NCBI GenBank assembly: GCA_902555535.1
Contig: CACDTB010000002.1
Location: 6,108-70,107, forward strand
Reading direction: 5' to 3'
Source of the DNA: an uncultured Pelagibacteraceae bacterium
GTDB taxonomy: Bacteria; Pseudomonadota; Alphaproteobacteria; Pelagibacterales; Pelagibacteraceae
Length of the DNA stretch: 64,000 bases
Positions 23,001 through 30,721 of this stretch are shown piece by piece. Position 1 is the first letter of the stretch; each line of letters opens with the position of its first letter. The notes below the pieces were generated by a model, which was not told where the DNA came from, did no database searches, and saw only the letters and a list, made by a program, of their open reading frames with translations. The position numbers and the translations under genes are program-made.

Positions 23001-23101
23001 GGATCATTCTCTTTAATTTGATCACCAGGTTTTACAAGTATCTCTATAACCTCAACATTTTCAAATTCACCAATATCAGGAACAAGTAATTTTTCACTCA
23101 T
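20063..23101 (-). CDS. aceE: Pyruvate dehydrogenase E1, homodimeric AceE type, with an N-terminal lipoyl domain
   Basis: DVDPLETQDWLESL, GGHIGTFAS, GDGEMDEPES, GRTTLAGEGLQH; first ~76 aa are a lipoyl domain (TIESDKSSVEIPS). Confidence 0.96.
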   Translation of the reverse strand: MSEKLLVPDIGEFENVEVIEILVKPGDQIKENDPIVTIESDKSSVEIPSTISGKVDSLAVKVGDKVSKGDLLLNLTSSSKISSESTLPKDTENIIKQAEEAMAEKKEERKIISEPIIEKKQSTIQVVSGADVDPLETQDWLESLSAVISKDGNQRAHFLIKELINKAYREGANIPYTQNTPYINTIPPEAEVKSSGDQNIERRIRSLIRWNAAAMVVRANKKHPELGGHIGTFASAATLYDVGMNHFWRAKNNKFGGDLIYFQGHSAPGMYARAFLEGRLNEKQLDSFRQEVKPGGLSSYPHPWLMPKFWQFPTVSMGLGPMLAIYQARYMKYLINRGLIKDEGRKVWAFLGDGEMDEPESMGAIGLAARENLDNLIFVVNCNLQRLDGPVRGNGKIIQELEGSFRGAGWNVIKVIWGSYWDSLISNDKTGHLVKIMNETVDGEYQAMKARDGAYVREKFFGKSPETLELVSSMSDKDIWRLNRGGHDPHKVFAAYDKATKSVGSPTVIIAKTIKGYGMGKSGESVNTTHQTKKLDVDDLMYYRDRFDVPLTDDQVRNIEYFRPDEKSPETKYIKERRIKLGGYLPERSTFAKPIKAPSKDIFDFMKVSTGEKEMSTTMALVRMLTNLLRDKNISPRLVPIIPDEARTFGMEGFFQKIGIYAHEGQKYEPEDSAQLSSYREDKSGQVLEEGINEAGAMSSWIAAATAYTNHDIEMIPIYIFYSMFGFQRTGDLAWAAGDSQARGFLVGATAGRTTLAGEGLQHQDGHSHLIASTIPNCVTYDPTFHYELAVIFREGLRRMHEKNENVFYYITTMNENYSHPGMPKDKNCEEGILKGMYKIKEFNKYKKTKIQLLGSGTILREMMSAAEILQNDYQIDSEVWSVTSFNELRKDGMEVERFNLLNPDKEPKKSYVEQCLGKAEGPILAASDYMRMNSDQIRSYINKSFYSLGADGFGRSDTRKNLRKFFEVDKEHFVAYGLSILAKEQLITSKHAKDAMKKYNIDSNKPMPTKL

Positions 23102-23257
23102 TATTTAAAAGCGTTTATATACCTTATTAAAAGTATGTTTAATGTTATTTTAGCACAGAAATTAATCTTTTTGTGTAAAGCTATATTTTAATTGGACAAA
23201 ATTTGTTAAAACATCAAAAAATACAGTAACTTTGATATATTTAAAAAAATGAATTAA

Positions 23258-23334
23258 GGACCGCTGGCCAAATTGGATAAGGCGCTCGGCTACGAACCGG
23301 GAGATTCCAGATTCGAGTTCTGGGCGGTCCACCA
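23258..23334 (+). tRNA. tRNA-Arg (ACG)
   Basis: Acceptor GGACCGC/GCGGTCC-A-CCA, anticodon arm CTCGG-CT-ACG-AA-CCGGG, 77 nt. Confidence 0.94.
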
Positions 23335-23348
23335 AAAGGAAAATAAAA

Positions 23349-23447
23349 ATGTTTAATTGGCTTTTAAAAGCATCGTTACAAAAATCGGTAATATATTTTT
23401 TTATAATTATTTTAATTATTTTAATTATATTAACTTTTGTATTATAA
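23349..23447 (+). CDS. Putative 32-aa single-pass membrane peptide (MFNWLLKASLQKSVIYFFIIILIILIILTFVL)
   Basis: Manual translation; AAGGA SD 8 nt upstream; fills the tRNA-thioesterase gap and ends 6 nt before the next ATG. Confidence 0.5.
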   Translation: MFNWLLKASLQKSVIYFFIIILIILIILTFVL

Positions 23448-23453
23448 AAAATT

Positions 23454-23879
23454 ATGAGTAATGAATTTAAGCAAATAAGTATTAAACCCGGGTTTATGAA
23501 ACATAATGGTGGTGTTTTATTTAGAACTATTTCCGAGAATGAATACGAATTTAAATCTATAATTAATGAAAATCATTTAAATGCCGCAGGAATAACTCAT
23601 GGAGGCTATTTATCTGCTTTAATAGATGCAGGGGCGGGAACAGCTGCACATCGAGCTGCAGAAAATGCTCCATGTGTAACTATTTCTTTAGATTTAAAAT
23701 TTATAGGTGCTTCAAAAGCTGGTGATGAAGTTATTGGACATACAAAAATTTTAAAAAAAACAAAAACTCTTATCTTTTTATTTTGTGAACTGAAGTGTAA
23801 TAATAAAATAATAACTTCTGGATCTGGGGTATGGAAAATTTTAAAAGTCAAACCATCTGATTTAGGACCTGGTGGGTAG
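23454..23879 (+). CDS. PaaI-family hot-dog thioesterase
   Basis: HLNAAGITHGGYLSALIDAGAG, CVTISLDLKF. Confidence 0.92.
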   Translation: MSNEFKQISIKPGFMKHNGGVLFRTISENEYEFKSIINENHLNAAGITHGGYLSALIDAGAGTAAHRAAENAPCVTISLDLKFIGASKAGDEVIGHTKILKKTKTLIFLFCELKCNNKIITSGSGVWKILKVKPSDLGPGG

Positions 23880-23881
23880 TT

Positions 23882-26203
23882 TTACTCTTTTCTTCTTGAG
23901 TTAAAGTATCCAAATATCACTAGCAATAATATTGCTATAGGATAAACTATATTTTTTGATGGTCTGTCTGAATTTTCAATTTTAAATTCACTTATATAGT
24001 CTCCTATTTCAAAACCACTTTTTTTTGCTTCTCCATTCCATTTCAAATTATCAACAACAATTTTATCATCTTGTTTCAATAATGTTATTCCATAATCCTC
24101 TAAAGTAAATTTATTCTCAAAAGTATTTTTTGATATCACAAATAACTTATATCTTTCTCCATATAAACTAGGCCTTGTTATTTTAATTTGAATTTCTTTT
24201 GTTGAGTCTAATTTTATTAAATTAATTTTATTAATTTCTTCATAATTATATTTTGGATAAAATTTGTTTAAAACAAAATCGGGTGATAACAAGGAAATAG
24301 AAATTACTAAAAAAATAATTATTTCATACCATTTAAGTTTATTAATAAACCAGCCTTGAGTAGCTGAAGTAAAGACTAAAATTCCAATTAAAGAAGTTAC
24401 AATTACAATTAATCCATGCCAAATATTTTCAATACCAATAAGCAAAAGTTCATGGTTAAATAAAAATACAATTGGCAAAATTCCTGTTCTTAAACTATAC
24501 CAAAAAGCTTGCACTCCCGTTCTTAAAGGATCTCCGCCAGATATTCCTGCGGCTGCATATGAGGCAAGTCCTACAGGCGGTGTTACATCAGCCATTAAGC
24601 CAAAATAGAAGACAAATAAATGAACTGCAATTAACGGAAAAATAAAACCTGAGGCATTCCCAACATCCACTAAAACAGTGGCCATTAAGGAAGCAACAAC
24701 AACATAATTTGCCGTTGTTGGCAAACCCATTCCTAAAAGTAAACACAAAATAATTGTCAAAAATAATAAAATAGTAACATTATCTTTAGCAATAGACTCT
24801 ATAACTATTATTAAATTTGTGCTTAAACCTGTAGATCCAACTGCACCAACAATAATTCCTGCAGTTGCAATCGCTATACCAACTGCAACCATATTTAAAG
24901 CACCTTTTTCAAAACCAACTATTGTTTGATTAAACCATTCTTTAAGAGCATCTTTTTTAATTTCATTTTTAATTAACAAATTGATTAGATTTACTAAAAC
25001 CAAAGTAATCGTTGCGTAAAAAATTGAGTATGAAGCAGTAAATCTTAAGTAAACCAAAGTATAAATTAAAACAAATATTGGTATTAAAAAATGTAGACCA
25101 GACAAAAATGTTTTTTTTAAATGAGGAACATCTGTGTCGTCCATCCCCTTAAGGTTCAATTTTAAAGCTTCTAAATGTGAAATATAAAACAATGCTATAT
25201 AAGAAATAATTGCTGGCAAAAAAGCATGTTTAACTATCTCAAAATAGGTCACACCAATAAAACTTGCCATCACAAATGCTGCAGCACCCATTACAGGTGG
25301 CATAATCTGACCATTAACTGATGAGGAAACCTCAATTGCACCAGCTTTTTCTTTTGAAAAACCAGTTTTTTTCATAATTGGAATTGTGAATGTTCCAGTA
25401 GTAACTGTGTTTGCAATTGAAGATCCTGAAATTAGTCCAGTCATACCTGAACCTAATATTGCTGCCTTTGCAGGCCCTCCTCGCATTTTTCCAACCATTG
25501 CAAATGCAAGATCTAAAAAATATTTTCCACCACCAGCTGTTTCAAGCAAAGCACCAAATAAAACAAATAAGAAAATAAAATCTACTGATACCCCAATAGG
25601 AATTCCAAAAATTGCTTCTTGATCAAGCCACTGAAAGCCTACAAGTCTATTTAAAGATAAACCGCCATGTGAAATTATTTCTGGTGCATATCTTCCAAAA
25701 TATGAAAACAATAAAAAACAACTAGCAATAATTACCAAAGGTAAACCGATTGCTCTTCTAGTAGCTTCTAACAGTATCAAAATTCCACATCCTCCTAAAA
25801 TCAACTCTAATGGAAAATTAAATTTTTCTGTTATTCTAAGATTTAAAAGTACACCTCCTCTTTCAACCAACTGATCATAAAAAAAATAAATATAGAGGCA
25901 CGATATCGCCCCCATAAAACTGATCAAAACATCAAAAAATGAAATTTTCTTACCTTTAGATATTGGATAAATTAAAAAAACTAAAGTTAAAGCAAAACCT
26001 AAATGAATTGCCCTTGCTGGCAATCCCTTAAACATTCCAAAATTTAACATAAATGGAAATGGTGAAGCGTACCAAAGTTGAAATAATGACCAAATAATTG
26101 CTATTGCTGAAACAATTTTCAAATGAAAACCAGTAATATTTCTAGTTGGTGATAAGTCTTCGCTTATTTTATTTTTTATTTTGCTACTGATTGAGTCGCT
26201 CAT
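23882..26203 (-). CDS. TRAP transporter fused 4TM/12TM permease (TAXI type)
   Basis: FVLFGALLE, RGGPAKAA, ISGSSIAN, GQIMPPVMGAAAF, GMGLPTTANY, DVTPPVGLA; extra C-terminal soluble segment. Confidence 0.94.
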   Translation of the reverse strand: MSDSISSKIKNKISEDLSPTRNITGFHLKIVSAIAIIWSLFQLWYASPFPFMLNFGMFKGLPARAIHLGFALTLVFLIYPISKGKKISFFDVLISFMGAISCLYIYFFYDQLVERGGVLLNLRITEKFNFPLELILGGCGILILLEATRRAIGLPLVIIASCFLLFSYFGRYAPEIISHGGLSLNRLVGFQWLDQEAIFGIPIGVSVDFIFLFVLFGALLETAGGGKYFLDLAFAMVGKMRGGPAKAAILGSGMTGLISGSSIANTVTTGTFTIPIMKKTGFSKEKAGAIEVSSSVNGQIMPPVMGAAAFVMASFIGVTYFEIVKHAFLPAIISYIALFYISHLEALKLNLKGMDDTDVPHLKKTFLSGLHFLIPIFVLIYTLVYLRFTASYSIFYATITLVLVNLINLLIKNEIKKDALKEWFNQTIVGFEKGALNMVAVGIAIATAGIIVGAVGSTGLSTNLIIVIESIAKDNVTILLFLTIILCLLLGMGLPTTANYVVVASLMATVLVDVGNASGFIFPLIAVHLFVFYFGLMADVTPPVGLASYAAAGISGGDPLRTGVQAFWYSLRTGILPIVFLFNHELLLIGIENIWHGLIVIVTSLIGILVFTSATQGWFINKLKWYEIIIFLVISISLLSPDFVLNKFYPKYNYEEINKINLIKLDSTKEIQIKITRPSLYGERYKLFVISKNTFENKFTLEDYGITLLKQDDKIVVDNLKWNGEAKKSGFEIGDYISEFKIENSDRPSKNIVYPIAILLLVIFGYFNSRRKE

Positions 26204-26221
26204 TAAATTTATTCATACCAT

Positions 26222-26254
26222 AAAAAAAAGGCCCGGTAAAAATTACCAGGCCTT
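26222..26254 (-). terminator. Intrinsic terminator/attenuator between TAXI gene and permease
   Basis: Minus strand AAGGCCTGGTAA-TTT-TTACCGGGCC followed by a U-tract. Confidence 0.8.
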
Positions 26255-26274
26255 ATTAATTAATAAAAATTGGA

Positions 26275-27279
26275 TTACATTAACCCAGCTTCTTTATAGT
26301 ATTTTATTGCACCCGGATGTAATGGAGCAGATAAACCATCTTTAATCATGTTTTTCTTCTCTAAAAATCCAAAAGCAGGATGTTGTTTTTTGAAATCATC
26401 AAAATTTTCCATCACAGCTTTAACAACCAAATATACAAGTTCTTCAGAAACATCTGCAGAAGTTACAACAGTTGCTTTTACACCAAAAGTTGTTGCGTCC
26501 TTTTTCTGTTTTGTATAAGTGCCTTTAGGAATTACAGCTTGAGCATAATAATCTGCACCATCTATTAAGCCTTGAACTTCTGGTCCAGTTAAATTGATTG
26601 GTGATGCTTTTGCTGCACAAGTTGCTGCTTGTTCCATAGCGCCGTTTGGAAATCCAACTGAATAACCAAATGCATCTATTTTTCCGTCACATAGAGCCTT
26701 AACTTGTTCAGAAGATGTAAGTTCAGTTGTTGATTTAAAGAAACTATTATCAACACCCATTGCTTTCATTAACTCTTCCATAGTTCCTCTTTGTCCCGAA
26801 CCAGGATTACCAATGTTAACAACTTTTCCCTCTAAATCAGCAAAATCTTTAATCTTTGCTTTTTTTCTTGCCCAAATTTGAAAAGGCTCGTTGTGAACTG
26901 AAAATACAGCTCTTAAATCACTAAATTGTTTTCCTTCCCATTTACTTGAACCATTTACAGCATGATACTGCCAGTCTGATTGCGCAACTCCAAATTGGAA
27001 TTCTCCCGCTGCTATCTGACCAATATTATAGTTAGATCCACCAGTTGACGGAGCGGTACATCTATAAGCTTTTGCTGTACCTTTTTTTCTACCATGATCT
27101 TTACTAATGGCAGATTTATGTAACATTTTACATATAGCGTTACCTGTCTGAAAATATACTCCAGTAGGTCCCCCTGTTCCTATCGTAAAGAACTCAGCTG
27201 ATTTAGCAACAGTTGTCAAAGACAGTGATGCAAATAAAATCAGTAAAGCACTTGATAGAGATGTGATTATTTTTTTCAT
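26275..27279 (-). CDS. TAXI-family TRAP solute-binding protein
   Basis: Signal peptide, TIGTGGPTGVYF, STGGSNYN, GVAQSD, GNPGSGQR, PLHPGAIKYY; SD GAGGGG upstream. Confidence 0.94.
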   Translation of the reverse strand: MKKIITSLSSALLILFASLSLTTVAKSAEFFTIGTGGPTGVYFQTGNAICKMLHKSAISKDHGRKKGTAKAYRCTAPSTGGSNYNIGQIAAGEFQFGVAQSDWQYHAVNGSSKWEGKQFSDLRAVFSVHNEPFQIWARKKAKIKDFADLEGKVVNIGNPGSGQRGTMEELMKAMGVDNSFFKSTTELTSSEQVKALCDGKIDAFGYSVGFPNGAMEQAATCAAKASPINLTGPEVQGLIDGADYYAQAVIPKGTYTKQKKDATTFGVKATVVTSADVSEELVYLVVKAVMENFDDFKKQHPAFGFLEKKNMIKDGLSAPLHPGAIKYYKEAGLM

Positions 27280-27359
27280 TGTTTACCCCTCTATTTATAT
27301 GTCGTTATTTTTTATAAGTTTATTCTAGCAAAAAATAATCATAGGTGTACAGAGTGATT

Positions 27360-28586
27360 TTATAAGTTTTCTGACCAATTCTTTAGTTTATTTACACCTT
27401 CAACTACTTTTGGTGCAAACTTATTAATTAAATTTTCATCAATTTTTTTAGTTTCATCAATATTTTTCATAAACTCTTGCCCATCAAAATCTGTAAAACT
27501 TAACCTTGCTAACATCTTATCCGGATTAAATCCAAAATCAGAACCTGGTAATAAAGCAACTCCAGTATTATTTAATATATCGCTACACATATCTGATGAA
27601 GTTTTAAATTTATTATTTAAAAATTCTGGCATCAAATAAAAACCTCCCTGAGGCTCATTAATCAATACCTTGTTTGATTTTAAATTTAAAAAAACATATT
27701 TACCAACTGCACTTAAAATATTTATTGATTTTGTAATATAGTTTGAATGATCATTTTCGTAAGCTTTGATTGCTGCATACTGAATTGGTGCACTCACAGC
27801 AGAAAAAGTTTCGCTAGCTAAAACATTGATCATATTTTTTATATTGTTCAATTCATCTGGAATTATAAAATAACCAAGTCTCCATCCACCTGCACCACAC
27901 CATTTACTAAGTCCAGTACTTATAATGGTTTTTTCAGGACAATAACTTGAGATAGATTTAAAATTTTTTGAAAATGTTAATTCTGAATATATTTCATCTG
28001 ATAAAATTATAAGTTTATACTTTTTGGCAATTTCTGAAATTTCTTCTAGTTTGCTACAAACCTGTCCAGAAGGATTGTTTGGTGAATTTAGAAATAATAA
28101 ATAATTTTTATCTTTATCTTTTGAAATGATTTTCTCAATTTGTACTCCTGTGGGAAACCAGTTATTTTCTCTTTCTGTTTGAAGAATTTGAATTTTATTT
28201 CTCCCTAAAATAGCTTGTGGCGCATATGAAACCCAACTAGGCGCTGGCAATATAATTTCACCATCAAACATAACATGCAATAAAAACATTAATTCTTTAG
28301 ATCCTGGTCCAATTATTACATTGTTTGCTTTGTAGTTATAATTTTTCTTTTTAGATGAATATTTCGCTACAGCTTCCCTTAATTCCTCAAGACCCTGCAT
28401 GGGTAAATATTTGTTTTGATAAGCATTACTTTTTAATTCTTCAACAACATCATCAGGCACTTTAAATGGTGATTGTCCAAAACCAAATTTAAAGATTTTT
28501 TTTCCTTGTTGCTCTAGTAGTTTTGAAGTTTCGTTAATAGCAAGAGTAGATGATGGCTTTAAATCTTTGACAAGATTTTTTAACAT
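27360..28586 (-). CDS. PLP-dependent aminotransferase class I/II (aspartate aminotransferase-like)
   Basis: GPGSK, PSWVSY, NSPNNPSG, SDEIY, LSKWCGAGGWRLG. Confidence 0.92.
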   Translation of the reverse strand: MLKNLVKDLKPSSTLAINETSKLLEQQGKKIFKFGFGQSPFKVPDDVVEELKSNAYQNKYLPMQGLEELREAVAKYSSKKKNYNYKANNVIIGPGSKELMFLLHVMFDGEIILPAPSWVSYAPQAILGRNKIQILQTERENNWFPTGVQIEKIISKDKDKNYLLFLNSPNNPSGQVCSKLEEISEIAKKYKLIILSDEIYSELTFSKNFKSISSYCPEKTIISTGLSKWCGAGGWRLGYFIIPDELNNIKNMINVLASETFSAVSAPIQYAAIKAYENDHSNYITKSINILSAVGKYVFLNLKSNKVLINEPQGGFYLMPEFLNNKFKTSSDMCSDILNNTGVALLPGSDFGFNPDKMLARLSFTDFDGQEFMKNIDETKKIDENLINKFAPKVVEGVNKLKNWSENL

Positions 28587-30548
28587 TTAATTGCTCAATT
28601 CTTTTAAATTATTAAATTGTTCAAGAGCTTCAGGATTTGCTAAAGCTTCAATGTTTTTAATTTGACTTCCTTCTATCTTACTTTTAACTGCAAGTTCAAC
28701 TATTTTGCCACTTTTTGTTCGAGGAATATCTTTTACAACAATAATTTTACTTGGAACATGTCTAGGAGATGCATTTTTTTTTATTTGTAATTTAATTTTG
28801 TTAATTAATTCTGCTGTTAATGAATAATTTTTGCTCATTACAATAAATAAAACTATTCTAACATCATTATCCCATGATTGTCCTACAACAATAGACTCTT
28901 TTATTTCTTTAAACTTTTCAACTTCTGAATATATCTCAGCTGTTCCAAGTCGAACACCTCCTGGATTTAAGGTGGTATCTGATCTTCCATGAATTATATA
29001 CCCGCCATTATTCTTTATTTCTGCGTAATCTCCATGGTGCCATATATTTTTAAATCTATTGAAATAAGCATTCTTAAATTTAATATCATTTTTGTCATTC
29101 CAAAACTTTAAAGGCATTGATGGAAAAGGATTTTTACAAACAAGTTCTCCTTTAATATTTTTTAAAGACTTCCCTTTATCACTTAAAACATCTACATCTA
29201 AAGCTAAACCGTTGTTTTGTATTTCTCCTATATTTACTGGCTGATATAGATTTCCTAAAACGAAGCATGAAACAATGTCTGTGCCACCAGAAATAGATGA
29301 CAAATGTACATTTTTTTTAATATGCTTATAAACATATTTAAAACTTTCCTTTGAAAGAGGTGACCCAGTTGAGCAAATTGTTCTTAATTTATTAAGTTTA
29401 AATTTATATTTTAATTTTGGTTTAAACTTTCTTAAAGAATCTACATACTTAGCGCTTATTCCAAATAAAGTTATTTTTTCTCTTTGTGCTATTTTCAGAA
29501 GCAAATCGGCTGATTTATACATTGGAAATCCATCAAACAGAACAATAGATGCCTTAGAAGCTAATGAACTAACTAACCAATTCCACATCATCCATCCACA
29601 AGTGGTAAAATAAAATACATTATCATTTTCTTTAATATTGCAATGTAATTGATGTTCCTTCATATGCTGAATTAAAACACCACCAGATCTATGACAAATA
29701 CATTTAGGTTTTCCAGTAGTTCCACTTGAATATAATATTGCTAACTCTGTTTCAAAATTAAATCTTTTAAAATTAATTTTTTCAGCATTAGTTTGCATTA
29801 ATTTATTCCATTTAAAAAAATTAATTTTTTTAAATTTAAATTTATTTTTAATAAATTTTTTTCCAGGGTAATTACTAATTACAACATTTTTAATTGATGG
29901 GATTAATTTTAAAATCTCTGGAAGTCTTTTAAAAACATCTATTTTTTTTCCATTATAAAAATATTGATCAGTAATAAATAAAACTTTTGGATTAATTTGA
30001 GAAAATCTTTCTATAACACCTTTGGAACCAAAATCAGGACTACAAGAAGACCAGATACCCCCTAATGAAGTTGTAGCAATGAATGCTTCAACAGTTTCAA
30101 TAGTATTTGGCATATAAGCGGCTACTCTGTCTCCTTTTTTAATATTTATTTTTTTTAGAAATTTTGAAACTTTATTAGTATTTAAATTTAATTGTCTCCA
30201 TGATCTTTCTTCTCTAAATCCATTTTCACTAATAAAGGTTAATGCTTTTTCTCTATTATTTTTTGACAATAAATTTTCACCAAAATTTAGTTTACTGCCA
30301 GGTAAAAATATATTTTTATAAAAAGTTTTTGATTTTCTAAATTTTTTTTTACTTTTAATTCCTTTAATTTTGCTAAAATCCCAAAATCTACTCCAAAACT
30401 CAGGTGAATTTTTAACACTCCAATTTAACAAGTTTTTATAATTTCTATTAAATTTTATTTTTAATTTTTTTGAAATATAATTTTCAAAAGCAAATAAGTT
30501 TGAACTTCTTTTTTCAATTAGAGAAGGTTGCCAAAGTTTTTTACTCAT
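28587..30548 (-). CDS. Acetoacetate--CoA ligase (acetoacetyl-CoA synthetase)
   Basis: WSSCSPDFG, YSSGTTGKPKCI, TTCGWMMWNW, SISGGTDIVSCF, GRSDTTLNPGGVR. Confidence 0.92.
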   Translation of the reverse strand: MSKKLWQPSLIEKRSSNLFAFENYISKKLKIKFNRNYKNLLNWSVKNSPEFWSRFWDFSKIKGIKSKKKFRKSKTFYKNIFLPGSKLNFGENLLSKNNREKALTFISENGFREERSWRQLNLNTNKVSKFLKKINIKKGDRVAAYMPNTIETVEAFIATTSLGGIWSSCSPDFGSKGVIERFSQINPKVLFITDQYFYNGKKIDVFKRLPEILKLIPSIKNVVISNYPGKKFIKNKFKFKKINFFKWNKLMQTNAEKINFKRFNFETELAILYSSGTTGKPKCICHRSGGVLIQHMKEHQLHCNIKENDNVFYFTTCGWMMWNWLVSSLASKASIVLFDGFPMYKSADLLLKIAQREKITLFGISAKYVDSLRKFKPKLKYKFKLNKLRTICSTGSPLSKESFKYVYKHIKKNVHLSSISGGTDIVSCFVLGNLYQPVNIGEIQNNGLALDVDVLSDKGKSLKNIKGELVCKNPFPSMPLKFWNDKNDIKFKNAYFNRFKNIWHHGDYAEIKNNGGYIIHGRSDTTLNPGGVRLGTAEIYSEVEKFKEIKESIVVGQSWDNDVRIVLFIVMSKNYSLTAELINKIKLQIKKNASPRHVPSKIIVVKDIPRTKSGKIVELAVKSKIEGSQIKNIEALANPEALEQFNNLKELSN

Positions 30549-30721
30549 TTTATTAAATTAAATTACTGTTATAGAATTAATCTTATTTATGATAATCTCA
30601 CTAACATTAAAAAGAAAATGAGAACTTTTTATCCACCGATTCGGTCATGTTTTAGTCTATTTTTGTTCTTTAGCAGTAACAATATCTGGTAGGTAAAAAA
30701 AAAGAGGCACAAAAGATAGAA

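Noticed and set aside
30611-30668. Alphaproteobacterial SOS boxes (GAAC-N7-GAAC / GTTC-N7-GTTC) before the helicase
   Set aside because: Only one good half-site in each candidate (AAAG-N7-GAAC, AGTC-N7-GTTC).
23335-30721. Integrative island inserted at tRNA-Arg
   Set aside because: No integrase, no duplicated tRNA 3' end that I could find, and no obvious compositional shift.
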